From Candidatus Dormiibacterota bacterium (GTDB lineage Bacteria; Chloroflexota; Dormibacteria; Dormibacterales; Dormibacteraceae), in NCBI GenBank assembly GCA_036390875.1, contig DASWBB010000079.1, positions 5,086 through 69,085 of the forward strand: 64,000 bases of DNA. The letters are read 5' to 3'. A program made the position numbers and the translations under genes. This document shows positions 18,792-29,235 of this stretch, in pieces. Position 1 is the first letter of the stretch. Each line of letters opens with the position of its first letter. Below the pieces are notes generated by a model that was not told the origin of the DNA, did not search any database, and saw nothing but the letters and a program-made list of their open reading frames with translations.

Positions 18792-18821
18792 AAAGGGCGC
18801 CGCACGCGGCGCCCTTTTCAT
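18792..18821 (+). terminator. intrinsic terminator
   Basis: aaagggcgcc-gcacgc-ggcgcccttt stem-loop followed by TTCATTTCG. Confidence 0.75.
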
Positions 18822-18900
18822 TTCGTCTTGCAAGAGCTGGCGAGTAGGCCGGATTTATTCCGGCCGTCCCCGACGTCGCTTCGGTTACCTTTGCTCGGCT

Positions 18901-19863
18901 GTGAGCGTCGTCTGCACCGGCTCCATTGCTTTCGACTACATCCTGAGCTTCAAGGGCCGGTTCAAGGACCACATCCTCCTCGACAAGACGCACATCATCA
19001 ACCTGAGCTTCCTGGTCGACAACCTCAAGAAGCGGCGAGGCGGGGTCGCGGGCAACTACGCATACAACCTCGCCCTGCTCGGCTATCCCAGCGCTGTGCT
19101 GGCGACGGCCGGATCCGACGCCATCGAGTACCGCGCCTGGCTCGAGAAGCTGGGAGTCGACTGCCGCGGCCTGCGTCTGTTGGAGGAGGAGATATCCGCC
19201 ACCGGCTTCACGACCACCGACCTCGACGACAACCAGATCACCGGCTACTACGGCGGCGCCATGAACCTTGCGGGCACCCTCGGCCTCGAGGACACCGTGC
19301 CCAATCCCGAGGCGGTGATCGTGGGACCGAATGCGCCTGAGGCGATGCAGCGCCTGGTCCGCGAATGCCGGCAGCGGGGCGTGCCCTGGGTGTTCGACCC
19401 CGCACACCAGCTTCCGCACATGTCCGGCGACGACCTCGTCGACGGCGCTCGCGGCGCTTGGGTGCTGATCGGCAATGACTACGAGCTGGAGCTGATCCAG
19501 CAGCGCACAGGGCGCGACATGGATGGGCTGAAGGAGCTCTCCGAGCTGGTCGTGACCACGCTGGGGAGGCAGGGCTCGCGCATCGACAAGGGCGTGGAGT
19601 CGCACAGGATCTCGGCGGCTCCGGCGCGCGTCGAAACCGATCCGACCGGAGCCGGCGACGCTTACCGGGCGGGCCTGGTGGCGGGCCTCTTGCGCGGCCT
19701 CGACATCCCCACGGCCGGCGCCGTGGCCTCGCTCGCTGCCACCTATGCGGTCGAGCAGGTGGGAACGATCGAGCACCGGTACTCAGGCGAGGAATTCTCG
19801 GAGCGATTCCGCGAGGCCTTCGGTGTGGCGCTCCCGGCCAGGTTCTGGACGCCGGTCAGCTGA
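18901..19863 (+). CDS. PfkB-family carbohydrate/nucleoside kinase
   Basis: N-terminal VVCTGSIAFDYIL and C-terminal DPTGAGDAYRAG (ribokinase-family anion-hole motif). GTG start. Confidence 0.85.
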   Translation: MSVVCTGSIAFDYILSFKGRFKDHILLDKTHIINLSFLVDNLKKRRGGVAGNYAYNLALLGYPSAVLATAGSDAIEYRAWLEKLGVDCRGLRLLEEEISATGFTTTDLDDNQITGYYGGAMNLAGTLGLEDTVPNPEAVIVGPNAPEAMQRLVRECRQRGVPWVFDPAHQLPHMSGDDLVDGARGAWVLIGNDYELELIQQRTGRDMDGLKELSELVVTTLGRQGSRIDKGVESHRISAAPARVETDPTGAGDAYRAGLVAGLLRGLDIPTAGAVASLAATYAVEQVGTIEHRYSGEEFSERFREAFGVALPARFWTPVS

Positions 19864-20650
19864 ACTTGCGGCTCTCCTCGCGCCGATAAGCCCAGACGGC
19901 GATCGCGAAGAAGACCACTCCATAGCCCGCCAGATAGAGCCAGTCGGTGGTGATGCTCTCGCTGGTCGGGTATCCGATCGCGTTCCACCCCAGCTGACCG
20001 TAGCGATACAGCGGCAGGTACGGCGAGAGGTTCTGAATGATCTGTGGCAGCAGCTGCTTGGGGAAGAACAAGCCGGACGCGAACGCGGTCGGCAGGTAGA
20101 TCAGGTTGATCACAGCCACCGCGGAGTTGGGTCCGGACAGGTAACCGATGGCAAATCCGAGCGCGATGAACGGGATCGACCCGAGCAGCACCCGATACGC
20201 CAGGGTGAACCACTCCGACGCGTCGAGCCTGACGTCACCAGCGACGTAGGCGAACGGAAAGAGCACGACCAGGGTCAGCCCCGCGAAGACGACCGCGGTG
20301 ATGCATCTGGAGAGCAGGTAGACGAGCGGCGGGAGCGGCGTCGCCCGCATGAGGAGGTCCATCTTCATGCCTCTCTCCGTCGCCACGGAAATTCCAAAGC
20401 TGAAGATCATCACGTTGGCGACCGCGTAAACCGCCATCGAGGCCAAAAAGTAGGCGCCGAACCGGATTCCTCCCTGCATCACCTGAGAAGCCTGTCCGAT
20501 GCCGATGAACGAATAGAAGACCAGGGGCAACAGGAGGCTGGTCGCGCTGAATGCGGGCACCCGCCAGAGTTTCAGAAACTCAGCCTTGGTCTGCTCCACC
20601 AGCATCGGGCCGATGGGCGCTCGCACAGGCTTGGTCAACGCGATGCTCAA
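19856..20650 (-). CDS. ABC-2 type transporter permease
   Basis: 264-aa protein with 6 TM segments, overlapping by 4 nt the stop of the upstream ATPase gene. Confidence 0.8.
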   Translation of the reverse strand: MSIALTKPVRAPIGPMLVEQTKAEFLKLWRVPAFSATSLLLPLVFYSFIGIGQASQVMQGGIRFGAYFLASMAVYAVANVMIFSFGISVATERGMKMDLLMRATPLPPLVYLLSRCITAVVFAGLTLVVLFPFAYVAGDVRLDASEWFTLAYRVLLGSIPFIALGFAIGYLSGPNSAVAVINLIYLPTAFASGLFFPKQLLPQIIQNLSPYLPLYRYGQLGWNAIGYPTSESITTDWLYLAGYGVVFFAIAVWAYRREESRKFS

Positions 20651-21522
20651 TGGGTCGTCATCGCGATGAACGCCTCCTCCAGGTCCGCGCCCGCCACCTC
20701 CAGCTCGGATATCTCCATCCCCCGCTGGAAAAGGTCCCGCAGCACAGCCTCAGGCTTGTTGGTCAGCAGCTGGACCGTATTGTCGGTGATGGATACGGCG
20801 GTCACGGGAAGGCCTTCGAGGTCCTTTTCCGTAACGGCCGGCGCAACGAAACGCACCCGCCTTCCGGCCACCCTGGATTTGATCTCAGCCGGAGGAGCAT
20901 CGGCGATGATCACGCCGCGGTCGATCACGATCACGCGGTTGGCCAGCTGATCAGCCTCCTCCAGGTAGTGAGTCGTGAGCACGATCGTGCGCCCCAACCG
21001 TGCGAACTCGGCGATTCGCTCGATGAACGAACGGCGGCCCTCCACGTCCATCCCGACCGTCGGCTCGTCCAGGAACAGGACGTCTGGATCACCGCAAACG
21101 GCGAGAGCGAAGTAGAGGCGCTGGCGCTGTCCGCCAGACAACTCTTTGACCAGGGCATCCGCCTTCTCTTCGAGTCCGGCCATTGTGATTGCTCGATCGC
21201 TGGGCATCGGCTTTGGGTAGTACGACCGGAACAGGTCGACGATCTCCCGCACCTTGAGCATGGCGGGGACGCCCGACTCCTGGAGCATGACCCCCACCCG
21301 GCTGCGGGCCAGCAGATTGGTCGGCTCGAGCCCGAAAAGCAAAGCCTTGCCCGAGGTCGGCTTGCGCAGGCCGAGAAGAAGGCTGATCGATGTCGTCTTG
21401 CCGGCGCCGTTGGGTCCGAGCATGGCCACCACTTCGCCGAGCTCGATGCGGATCGTGACTTCCCGGAGGGCTTCGACGTCGCCGTACTTCTTGGTGGCGT
21501 CGACGAGCTCTGCGGCGGGCAC
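20647..21522 (-). CDS. ABC transporter ATP-binding protein
   Basis: Walker A GPNGAGKTT, signature LSGGQRQR, Walker B VLFLDEPT. Confidence 0.9.
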   Translation of the reverse strand: MPAAELVDATKKYGDVEALREVTIRIELGEVVAMLGPNGAGKTTSISLLLGLRKPTSGKALLFGLEPTNLLARSRVGVMLQESGVPAMLKVREIVDLFRSYYPKPMPSDRAITMAGLEEKADALVKELSGGQRQRLYFALAVCGDPDVLFLDEPTVGMDVEGRRSFIERIAEFARLGRTIVLTTHYLEEADQLANRVIVIDRGVIIADAPPAEIKSRVAGRRVRFVAPAVTEKDLEGLPVTAVSITDNTVQLLTNKPEAVLRDLFQRGMEISELEVAGADLEEAFIAMTTH

Positions 21523-21552
21523 CGCTAAAGGCTAGCTATTTACTCTTAGACA

Positions 21553-21975
21553 ATGGCGAGCATCTTCAGCAGGATCATCGCCGGCGAGCTGCCCGCCCGA
21601 TTCGTGTGGAAGGACGCCAGCTGCGTGGTTTTCCTCTCCAACCGGCCGCTGCGCCCAGGGCACGCGCTGGTCGTTCCTCGTGAGGAGGTGGATCACTGGA
21701 TCGACCTCGATACGAGCCTGCTGGCCCACCTCACCACCGTCGCGCAATCGATCGGCACCGCTCAGATGGCCGGTTTCCAACCGGCGCGCATCGGCTTGAT
21801 GCTCGCGGGGCTGGAGGTGCCGCACGTCCACTTCCACGTCGTGCCCATTCGGGGGCTCCACGACCTCGATTTCGGAAATCAGGATCCAAACCCCGACGCG
21901 GCAGTCATGGACGGCGCTGCCGAGACGATCCGGCGCGAGCTGCGCAAGCTCGGCTATGACCAGGTGAGCGACTAG
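21553..21975 (+). CDS. HIT-family (histidine triad) protein
   Basis: IFSRIIAGELPA N-terminus and the HVHFHVVP histidine triad. Confidence 0.9.
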   Translation: MASIFSRIIAGELPARFVWKDASCVVFLSNRPLRPGHALVVPREEVDHWIDLDTSLLAHLTTVAQSIGTAQMAGFQPARIGLMLAGLEVPHVHFHVVPIRGLHDLDFGNQDPNPDAAVMDGAAETIRRELRKLGYDQVSD

Positions 21976-21987
21976 GAGGAATCGACC

Positions 21988-22728
21988 ATGTGCTATTCAG
22001 ACGACGCCCGCCCGCCCCTGCCCCCGATCGGAGGCGCCGCCGCCGACCAGGGCGATATGACGCTGACTGCCAAGGATGGCACCAGGTTCATGGCGTATTT
22101 CGCGCGTGCCGCCAAGCCGACCGGAGCGGGCATGGTCGTGATGCCCGACGTTCGTGGGCTGCACCACTTCTACAAGGAGCTCGCACAGCGTTTCGCTGAA
22201 GCCGGCATCGACTCCGTCGCGATCGACTACTTCGGCCGCACCGCCGGGATCGGCGACCGCAGCGAGGCCTTCGAATACATGCCGCATGTCGAGAAGACGA
22301 CTCAGGAAGAAATCGCAGTCGATGTGGCGGCCGCGATCGACTACCTGCGATCAAAGGACGGCGGTGCGGTCAAATCGGTATTCACGACCGGCTTCTGTTT
22401 CGGAGGCTCGAGCTCGTGGAACCAGTCCGCCCTGCAGCCGGGTCTCGACGGAGCCATCGGCTTTTACGGTCGGCCGTCAAGGAGCGAAGCCTTCGTTTCG
22501 AGGATGAAGGCGCCGCTCCTGATGCTCGTCGCGGGTGCCGACGCCGCGACGCCCATGGATGTGTTCCACGCCTTCGATGAGGAGCTCACGAAAGCGAAGG
22601 TGGCGCATGAGGTCCACATCTATGAGGGGGCCCCTCACAGCTTCTTCGACCGCACCTTCGAGCAATGGAAGGATGCGTGCGACGACGCCTGGCGCCGGAT
22701 CCTGGCCTTCGTCAAGAAGCACGGCTGA
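21988..22728 (+). CDS. dienelactone hydrolase family protein
   Basis: Alpha/beta-hydrolase with nucleophile elbow GFCFGG and C-terminal YEGAPHSF, typical of the DLH family. Confidence 0.8.
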   Translation: MCYSDDARPPLPPIGGAAADQGDMTLTAKDGTRFMAYFARAAKPTGAGMVVMPDVRGLHHFYKELAQRFAEAGIDSVAIDYFGRTAGIGDRSEAFEYMPHVEKTTQEEIAVDVAAAIDYLRSKDGGAVKSVFTTGFCFGGSSSWNQSALQPGLDGAIGFYGRPSRSEAFVSRMKAPLLMLVAGADAATPMDVFHAFDEELTKAKVAHEVHIYEGAPHSFFDRTFEQWKDACDDAWRRILAFVKKHG

Positions 22729-22780
22729 CGCGGGATTCGACGCGGGGGCCTAACCCGGGCTCGAGCCGTATAGTCAACCC

Positions 22781-24064
22781 ATGGCCAGGGCCGTCCCCAA
22801 GGTGGCCGCGAAGTCCAAGCCGGCAGCCCAGCTGCCCGCCTCGTTGATAGCGGAGCTGGAACATCGCCGGGCCGGCATGGCGCGCCATATGGCCCGGGCC
22901 GTGGTGGCGGTCGTGCACTGGGACGACTCCACCGGCGTCCCGCCCCGGCGCGACGCCATCGCCAAGGCGTGCGAGGCCGGCCTCGACCTTTTCCTGGCCA
23001 CCGCGCGCGAGGCTCGGCCGGCCACCCAGGAGGAGCTGCGGCGGGTTGCCCAGCTCGGCATTCTCCAGGCGCGCAGCAGCCAGTCGGTCGAGCCCATCCT
23101 CGCGGCTTACCGCATTGCCGCTCGCGTCGCCTGGGACGCGATCCTGCGTGCGTGGCGCGGGCATCCCGCCGCGACACCAGAGGCGATCATGCTCACCGCC
23201 AACTACGTGTTCGTGGCGCTCGACCAGGTCGCCGCCGAGGTGACCAAGACTTATCTGCATGCGCGCGAGCAGCACATGCAGCGCGGCACCCGCGCTCGCG
23301 CCCGCCTTTTCCACGCGTTGATCAGCGACAACTTCGATTCCGAGCTCGAGCTGCAGAAGCAGGCGCTGGCGCTCAACATGCCGATCGCGTCCACCGGCTA
23401 CGTGGCTGTCGTGTCGAAGCTCGTCGTCGGCAAGAGCGACGGCGCCCGAGGCGGCGAGGCCCTCGGCGAGGTGGCGGTTTCCCTCGACGTCCCGCGCGGT
23501 GCCATCCATCACGTCACCGATCCGTCGACACTCGTCACGCTCTGGCCTGCCGAGTCGGCGGCGCACGTGGACGGCGCACGGCAGTTCGTCACACAGCTGC
23601 ACAAAGAGGCGGTCAATCGATCCGGCCCGGCCCGAGCACGGGTTCGCGCCGGCATCGGCGGCTACCACCCGGGTCTGCGCGGCATCTCGCGGTCGTACCT
23701 GGAAGCGCAGCAGGCGATCGAGGCCGGCCGAAAGCTCCGGCCAGACGACGTTTCGCACAAGCACGACGAGGTGATCCCTCACCTCGTACTGGCTCAGAAT
23801 CCGCGCCTGGCGGAACGTTTCGTGACTCACACCCTCGGGCCGCTGCTCGATCCCAAGACCCGGAACCGTGACCAGCTCCTCGACACGCTCGAGGCCTACC
23901 TCGCCCATGGGTCGGTGAAGGAAGCCGCCGCCGCGCTCAACCTGCACCGCCACACCGTCCTATACCGCCTCGACAAGCTGCGCGAGATCCTGGGCGGTGA
24001 GCTCGACACCCCCGCGAGCCGACTTCGCCTGCAGCTGGCGCTTGACCTCCGCAAGTTGATCTAG
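22781..24064 (+). CDS. PucR/CdaR-family transcriptional regulator
   Basis: The C-terminal HTH GSVKEAAAALNLHRHTVLYRLDKLREILG is the PucR C-terminal signature. Confidence 0.8.
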   Translation: MARAVPKVAAKSKPAAQLPASLIAELEHRRAGMARHMARAVVAVVHWDDSTGVPPRRDAIAKACEAGLDLFLATAREARPATQEELRRVAQLGILQARSSQSVEPILAAYRIAARVAWDAILRAWRGHPAATPEAIMLTANYVFVALDQVAAEVTKTYLHAREQHMQRGTRARARLFHALISDNFDSELELQKQALALNMPIASTGYVAVVSKLVVGKSDGARGGEALGEVAVSLDVPRGAIHHVTDPSTLVTLWPAESAAHVDGARQFVTQLHKEAVNRSGPARARVRAGIGGYHPGLRGISRSYLEAQQAIEAGRKLRPDDVSHKHDEVIPHLVLAQNPRLAERFVTHTLGPLLDPKTRNRDQLLDTLEAYLAHGSVKEAAAALNLHRHTVLYRLDKLREILGGELDTPASRLRLQLALDLRKLI

Positions 24065-24075
24065 ACCTGAAGTTT

Positions 24076-24088
24076 GGACACCGTGTCC
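24076..24088 (+). promoter_or_regulatory. 13-nt perfect palindrome upstream of fabF (candidate operator)
   Basis: ggacac-c-gtgtcc flanked by aagtt direct repeats, located between the PucR-family gene and fabF. Confidence 0.35.
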
Positions 24089-24158
24089 TAAGTTGTGGGC
24101 ATGTTTTCGCACCCGGTGAATATGCGAGGCAGGCCGCCGGGTCCGTATCCTCAGATAT

Positions 24159-25415
24159 GTGAATAGATCCAACGGTCGACGCGTGGCTGTCACCGGGATG
24201 GGGTTCGTCACACCCATCGGCAACGACCTCGAGACCGTCTGGTCGAACTTGATCGAGGGCGTCTCGGGCATCGGCCGGATCACGCATTTCGACACGACAA
24301 TCTTCGATTGCAAGATCGCGGGTGAGGTCAAGGGGTTCAATCCCGAGGAGTACATGGATCGCAAGACCGCGCGCCATATCGGGCGTTACTGCCAGTTCGC
24401 ACTGGCCGCGTCCAAGCAGGCGCTCGCGCAGTCGGGCCTGGTCCCGTCCGAGATGGATCCTGACGACGTGGGCGTGATCGTCAGCTCGGGCATCGGCGGC
24501 ATGGAAGAGATCGAGAAAAGCCACACGCAGTTGATGGAGCGCGGGCCGAAGCGGATCAGCCCGTTCACGGTGCCGATGATGATCGCCGACATGGCGGCCG
24601 GCATCGTCGCCATCCACACACACGCGGGCGGCCCGAACTACGCCATCGTCAGCGCCTGCGCATCCGGCTCGCACGGCATTGGAGAGGCTTCGGAGATCAT
24701 CAAGCGTGGCGACGCGATCGCGATGCTCGCCGGTGGCTCGGAGGCCACGATCACCCCGCTCACGATGGGCGCCTTCAGCCAGATCAAGGCCGTCAGCGAG
24801 CGCAATGACGAACCAGAAAAGGCATGCCGGCCGTTCGACATCAATCGGGACGGGTTCGTCATGAGCGAGGGCTCGGTCATGTTCGTGCTCGAGGATATGG
24901 ACCACGCGAAAAAGCGGGGAGCAAAGATCTACGCAGAAATCGCCGGTTACGGCGCGAGCGCGGACATGTACCACTTCACCGCGCCGCAGCCCGAAGGCAA
25001 AGGCGCGATCCGAGCCATGAAGCGCGCGCTCGAGAAGAGCGGTGTCGAGCTGACCGACGTCGGATACATCAACGCTCACGGCACGTCGACCAAGCTCGGC
25101 GATGTCGCCGAGACAAAGGCCATCAAGGCCGTCTTTGGCGACCACGCTTACAAGCTCGCGGTCAGCTCCACAAAGTCGGTGCACGGGCACCTGCTGGGCG
25201 CCGCCGGCGCCATCGAAGCCGCCGCGTGTGTGCTCGCGCTCGACCGCGGCTTGCTGCCGCCGACCATCAACCTGGACAACCCGGACCCGGACTGCGACCT
25301 CGACTACGTGCCCAACAAGGCACGCAAGGCGGACGTCAAAGTCGCCCTGTCGAACTCGTTCGGCTTCGGCGGCCACAACGCGGCGCTCGTCATCAAGGCC
25401 CCAGAGGCCAACTAG
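24159..25415 (+). CDS. fabF: beta-ketoacyl-ACP synthase II
   Basis: RVAVTGMG N-terminus, active-site SACASGSH, His-His pair (INAHGTST, HGHLLGAAG), C-terminal NSFGFGGHNA. Confidence 0.92.
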   Translation: MNRSNGRRVAVTGMGFVTPIGNDLETVWSNLIEGVSGIGRITHFDTTIFDCKIAGEVKGFNPEEYMDRKTARHIGRYCQFALAASKQALAQSGLVPSEMDPDDVGVIVSSGIGGMEEIEKSHTQLMERGPKRISPFTVPMMIADMAAGIVAIHTHAGGPNYAIVSACASGSHGIGEASEIIKRGDAIAMLAGGSEATITPLTMGAFSQIKAVSERNDEPEKACRPFDINRDGFVMSEGSVMFVLEDMDHAKKRGAKIYAEIAGYGASADMYHFTAPQPEGKGAIRAMKRALEKSGVELTDVGYINAHGTSTKLGDVAETKAIKAVFGDHAYKLAVSSTKSVHGHLLGAAGAIEAAACVLALDRGLLPPTINLDNPDPDCDLDYVPNKARKADVKVALSNSFGFGGHNAALVIKAPEAN

Positions 25416-25426
25416 GAGGATTGCCG

Positions 25427-25684
25427 ATGGCAACCCAGCTCGACTTCAAGGAGTTTCAGGAGCTCGCCGCCGAGATCCTCGGCATCGAACCAAGCGACGT
25501 GCAGATGGACAAGAGCTTTCAGCGCGACCTGGCCGCCGACTCGCTCGACCTGGTCGAGCTCATTGCGGCGATCGAGGACAAGTACGACGTCGAGCTGTCG
25601 GAGGAAGAGCTCGAAAAGATGAAGGTCATCAGCGACTTGTGGAAGTTCCTGGAGCAGAAGACCGCGGAGCGACTGGAGGCGTAG
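25427..25684 (+). CDS. acpP: acyl carrier protein
   Basis: 85 aa, GGAGG 6 nt upstream of the ATG, phosphopantetheine site LAADSLDLVEL. Confidence 0.9.
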   Translation: MATQLDFKEFQELAAEILGIEPSDVQMDKSFQRDLAADSLDLVELIAAIEDKYDVELSEEELEKMKVISDLWKFLEQKTAERLEA

Positions 25685-25689
25685 AGCAG

Positions 25690-26727
25690 ATGGCGATCAC
25701 CCACGAATACCGGACGCGTTCTGACGCCGTCCCCTTGCGCTCGTTCAAGGCCAAAGGCCGGCCGAGCGCGATCGCCGGCATGGGCGTCTACGCGCCGGAC
25801 AAGATCATCACGAACTTCGACCTCGAGAAGATGATGGAGACCTCGGACAAGTGGATCACCGAGCGAACGGGCATCCACAAGCGGCACATCGCGGAGCCGG
25901 GCACAACTACTTTCGAGATGGCGACGCATGCTGCGCGCGGTGCGCTTGAGGCCGCGGGCATCACGGCGGCGGACCTCGACATGATCCTGGTCGGCACCTC
26001 GTCGCCCGACGGTCCATTTCCGTCAGTGGCCTGCCGGGTCCAGAACGAGCTCGGCGCCCCGGGCGCTGTGGCCTGGGACACGCTCGCGGCGTGCACCAGC
26101 TTCGTCTATGGCCTCTCGATCGCGGACGCTTACATCGCCACCGAGCGCGCGGACAACGTGCTGGTGATCGGCGCCGAGGTGCTGTCGCGGATGCTCGATT
26201 ACACCAACCGCGGGACGGCGGTCATCTTCGGCGACGGCGCCGGGGCGGCCGTGCTTCGCCCGGCCCCGACCGGGGGCGGCTTCAAGAGCTGGTGCCTGGG
26301 GTCCGACGGCCGCGGCTACGCACAGGTCACGTGCGGCAACATCGAGAAGGGCGCCTACGCGAACAGGGACGCGGCCCCGTTCATCGACATGGTCGGCCCC
26401 GACGTCTTCAAGTTCGCGGTCGACATCTTCATCCGCCAGGCGAACGAGGTCTGCAACACCGCGGGCGTCGCTCTCGAAGACATCGACCTGTGGGTGCCTC
26501 ACCAGGCCAACTTCCGCATCATCGACGCGGCGGCCCGGCGCATCGGGCTCCCCCTCGAACGGGTGGCGATCAACATCGACGAATACGGCAACACCTCCAG
26601 CGCTTCGATTCCGCTGGCGTTGGAGGAAGCGATCCGGAAGGGACGCGTCAAGAGCGGAGACCATGTCCTGCTGGCCGGCTTCGGCTCGGGGCTGACCTGG
26701 GGGTCATGTTTGATGACCTGGGTATAG
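25690..26727 (+). CDS. fabH: beta-ketoacyl-ACP synthase III
   Basis: ETSDKWITERTGI, active-site AACTSF, HQANFRII, GNTSSASIP and GFGSGLTWG motifs. Confidence 0.9.
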   Translation: MAITHEYRTRSDAVPLRSFKAKGRPSAIAGMGVYAPDKIITNFDLEKMMETSDKWITERTGIHKRHIAEPGTTTFEMATHAARGALEAAGITAADLDMILVGTSSPDGPFPSVACRVQNELGAPGAVAWDTLAACTSFVYGLSIADAYIATERADNVLVIGAEVLSRMLDYTNRGTAVIFGDGAGAAVLRPAPTGGGFKSWCLGSDGRGYAQVTCGNIEKGAYANRDAAPFIDMVGPDVFKFAVDIFIRQANEVCNTAGVALEDIDLWVPHQANFRIIDAAARRIGLPLERVAINIDEYGNTSSASIPLALEEAIRKGRVKSGDHVLLAGFGSGLTWGSCLMTWV

Positions 26728-27680
26728 CCGTGATCAGCCTGAATGGCCCGATCGCCCTGCTGTTCCCCGGCCAGGGTGTGCAGAAGCCCGGCATGGGCCG
26801 CAACCTCCACGACCGCTACCCGGCCGCCCGCCGGGTGTTCGAACGCGCGGAAGAGGTCCTGCAGATGCCAGTGCGCAGGCTCTGCTTCGAAGGCCCGCTC
26901 GAGGAGCTGAATCGCACCGAGGTCATACAGCCCTGCGTGATGACGGTGTGCTGGGCGGCCTACGAGGTATGGCGGGAAAGCTACGGTTTCGAGAACGTGA
27001 GCGTGACCGCCGGCCACAGCCTGGGCGAGATCGCTTCGCTGGCCGCCGCGGGCGCGATCCCCTGGGAGACGGCTTTGCTCCTGGTCAAGGAGCGCGGCCG
27101 CATCATGGCCCAGGCCGCCGACGAGCAGCCCGGCGGCATGATCGCGATCGTCGGCCTCGACGAGGCGCAGGTGGAATCGATCCGCGAGCAGGCGTCGTCG
27201 AAGGGCCGGCTCTGGATCGCCAACCGCAACGCGGACGTCCAGTTCGTGCTCTCGGGCGAGACCGTCGCGGTGCAAGAGGCCGAGCGCCTTGCGCTCGGGG
27301 CCGGCGCCCGTCGCGCGCTCATCCTGACCATCCCCCTGCCGGCTCACACGCCCCTGATGGCCGGTGCTGCAGCTGCCTTTCGCAAGGTGGTCGACCGCCT
27401 CCAGTTCACGGCGCCGTCGATCCCGGTCCTGGCGAACGCGTCGGGGGAGGCGATGCGCACGGTGGCCGCGCTGCGTGATGAGCTTCGCCAGCAGATGCTG
27501 CGCCAGGTCGACTGGGCGCGGACTATGGTGTCGATGCGGGCGATGAAGGTGAAGACCGTCGTCGAGCTCGGTCCCGGGCGGGTGCTGGCGAGCCTGGCCG
27601 CCAAGCACATCCCGGGCGTTGACACCTGGAACGCTGAAGAGCTGTTCATCGAGTTCGCAGACCAGCCAGCCACAGCTTGA
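26706..27680 (+). CDS. fabD: ACP S-malonyltransferase
   Basis: LLFPGQGVQ and GHSLGE motifs. The start is either the ATG at 26706 (overlapping fabH) or the GTG at 26730. Confidence 0.88.
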   Translation: MFDDLGIAVISLNGPIALLFPGQGVQKPGMGRNLHDRYPAARRVFERAEEVLQMPVRRLCFEGPLEELNRTEVIQPCVMTVCWAAYEVWRESYGFENVSVTAGHSLGEIASLAAAGAIPWETALLLVKERGRIMAQAADEQPGGMIAIVGLDEAQVESIREQASSKGRLWIANRNADVQFVLSGETVAVQEAERLALGAGARRALILTIPLPAHTPLMAGAAAAFRKVVDRLQFTAPSIPVLANASGEAMRTVAALRDELRQQMLRQVDWARTMVSMRAMKVKTVVELGPGRVLASLAAKHIPGVDTWNAEELFIEFADQPATA

Positions 27681-28408
27681 TGGGCGACCTGGACGGCAAA
27701 ACCGCTCTGGTCACGGGCGGTGGCAAGGGCATCGGCCGCGCGATCAGCCAGGCGCTGGCAGGAATGGGCGCGAAGGTGGTTGTGAACTACCGCTCCGACA
27801 AGGCCGCCGCCGAAGACACTGCCGCGGCGCTGCCGGGCGCGACCGTGCACATGGCCGACGTCGGTGATCCGGCCCAGGTCGAGGCGATGGTGAAGGCGAT
27901 CGGGCGTGTCGATGTGCTGGTCAACAACGCGGGCGCGGTCCGGGACAAGCTGCTGATCCAGATGTCGCCGCCGGATTGGGAAGAGCTCATTCGCACTGAC
28001 CTGCTTTCGGCCTTCGCCACGACGAAAGCGGCCATCATGAGCGGCATGATGCGCGCGCGGTGGGGCCGCATCGTCAACATCTCCTCGATAGTCGGCTTGA
28101 CCGGCAACGCCGGCCAGTCCAATTACGCCGCCGCGAAGGCCGGCCTGATCGGGTTCACGAAATCGATCGCCCGGGAGTACGGATCGCGCAACATCACCTG
28201 CAACGCGGTGGCGCCCGGTTACGTACGGACCGAGCTGACTTCCAGCTCCCTCACCGACGAGATGGTCGGGGAGCTGGTCAAGATGACGCCCATCAAACGC
28301 GAGGGAACCGCAGAGGACGTCGCCGCCGCGGTTGCGTTTCTGTGCTCTGAGCGGGCCGGGTTCGTCACCGGCCAGGTGCTGGCTGTGGACGGAGGCCTCA
28401 GCCTCTGA
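27677..28408 (+). CDS. fabG: 3-oxoacyl-ACP reductase
   Basis: SDR family: TGGGKGIG, NNAG, and Y-x3-K (YAAAKAG). Overlaps the fabD stop. Confidence 0.9.
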   Translation: MMGDLDGKTALVTGGGKGIGRAISQALAGMGAKVVVNYRSDKAAAEDTAAALPGATVHMADVGDPAQVEAMVKAIGRVDVLVNNAGAVRDKLLIQMSPPDWEELIRTDLLSAFATTKAAIMSGMMRARWGRIVNISSIVGLTGNAGQSNYAAAKAGLIGFTKSIAREYGSRNITCNAVAPGYVRTELTSSSLTDEMVGELVKMTPIKREGTAEDVAAAVAFLCSERAGFVTGQVLAVDGGLSL

Positions 28409-29235
28409 TGGAGCTGGCCAAGACGCACGCAGAGGTGAGGGTCGCCGGCGGCAAGCTGCCCCCGATCCTGTTGCCCACGAACTGTCCGGGCTGCGGGGTG
28501 GGCCTGGATCCCGAGGTGCTGCGCAAGCATGCCTACGTGTGCGAGTGCGGCCATCACTTCCGGCTCGGCGCCGACGCCTGGATCGCGCTGGTCGCCGACC
28601 GCGGGTCCTGGAAGGAACGCTGGGGCGACGTTCGCTCGCACGACCTCCTGAACTGGAAGGTCCCGAAGCCATACCAGGCCACGATCGATCAGCTGGCCGA
28701 CGAGGGCCTGAACGAGGCCGTGCGCACGGGGACCTGCACGCTGGGCGGCCGCGCGATCTGGCTCGCCGCGTTCGACTTCCGGTTCGTCGGGGGCACGCTC
28801 TCGATCGTCGCGGGCGAGCGCCTGGCGCGAGGGATGGAGCAGGCCGCCGCGTCGGGGTTGCCGTACGTACTGGTCTCGGCGTCCGGCGGAGCGCGCATGC
28901 AGGAAGGCGTGCTGGCGCTCATGCAGATGGCGAAGGTCAACGCCGCGGTCGGCCGCCTCGATGCGGCCGGCGTGCCGTTTTTCTCGGTGCTCACGGACCC
29001 CACGTTTGGCGGCACGGCGGCGTCGCTCGCCTTGCTCGCGGACATCAACATCGCCGAGCCTGGCGCGGCCATCGGTTTCACCGGACCACGCGTCATCAAG
29101 CAGGCGACTTATGCGGACCTTCCACCTGGATTTCAGAGCGCCGAGTTCCAGCTCGGCCGCGGCCAGGTCGACATGGTGGTCCCGCGCACCGAGCTGCGGC
29201 GGCTGCTGGCCCACTTCCTGGAGATGTACCCATGA
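28408..29235 (+). CDS. accD: acetyl-CoA carboxylase carboxyltransferase beta subunit
   Basis: N-terminal zinc ribbon CPGCG...CECGHHFR followed by the carboxyltransferase domain (FRFVGGTLS, SASGGARMQEG). Confidence 0.9.
   Translation: MELAKTHAEVRVAGGKLPPILLPTNCPGCGVGLDPEVLRKHAYVCECGHHFRLGADAWIALVADRGSWKERWGDVRSHDLLNWKVPKPYQATIDQLADEGLNEAVRTGTCTLGGRAIWLAAFDFRFVGGTLSIVAGERLARGMEQAAASGLPYVLVSASGGARMQEGVLALMQMAKVNAAVGRLDAAGVPFFSVLTDPTFGGTAASLALLADINIAEPGAAIGFTGPRVIKQATYADLPPGFQSAEFQLGRGQVDMVVPRTELRRLLAHFLEMYP

Noticed and set aside
18235-19776. 513-aa minus-strand ORF
   Set aside because: Antisense to the basic-tail protein and the PfkB kinase. It also crosses a strong plus-strand terminator.
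23937-25433. 498-aa minus-strand ORF
   Set aside because: Antisense to fabF, which is unambiguous on the plus strand.
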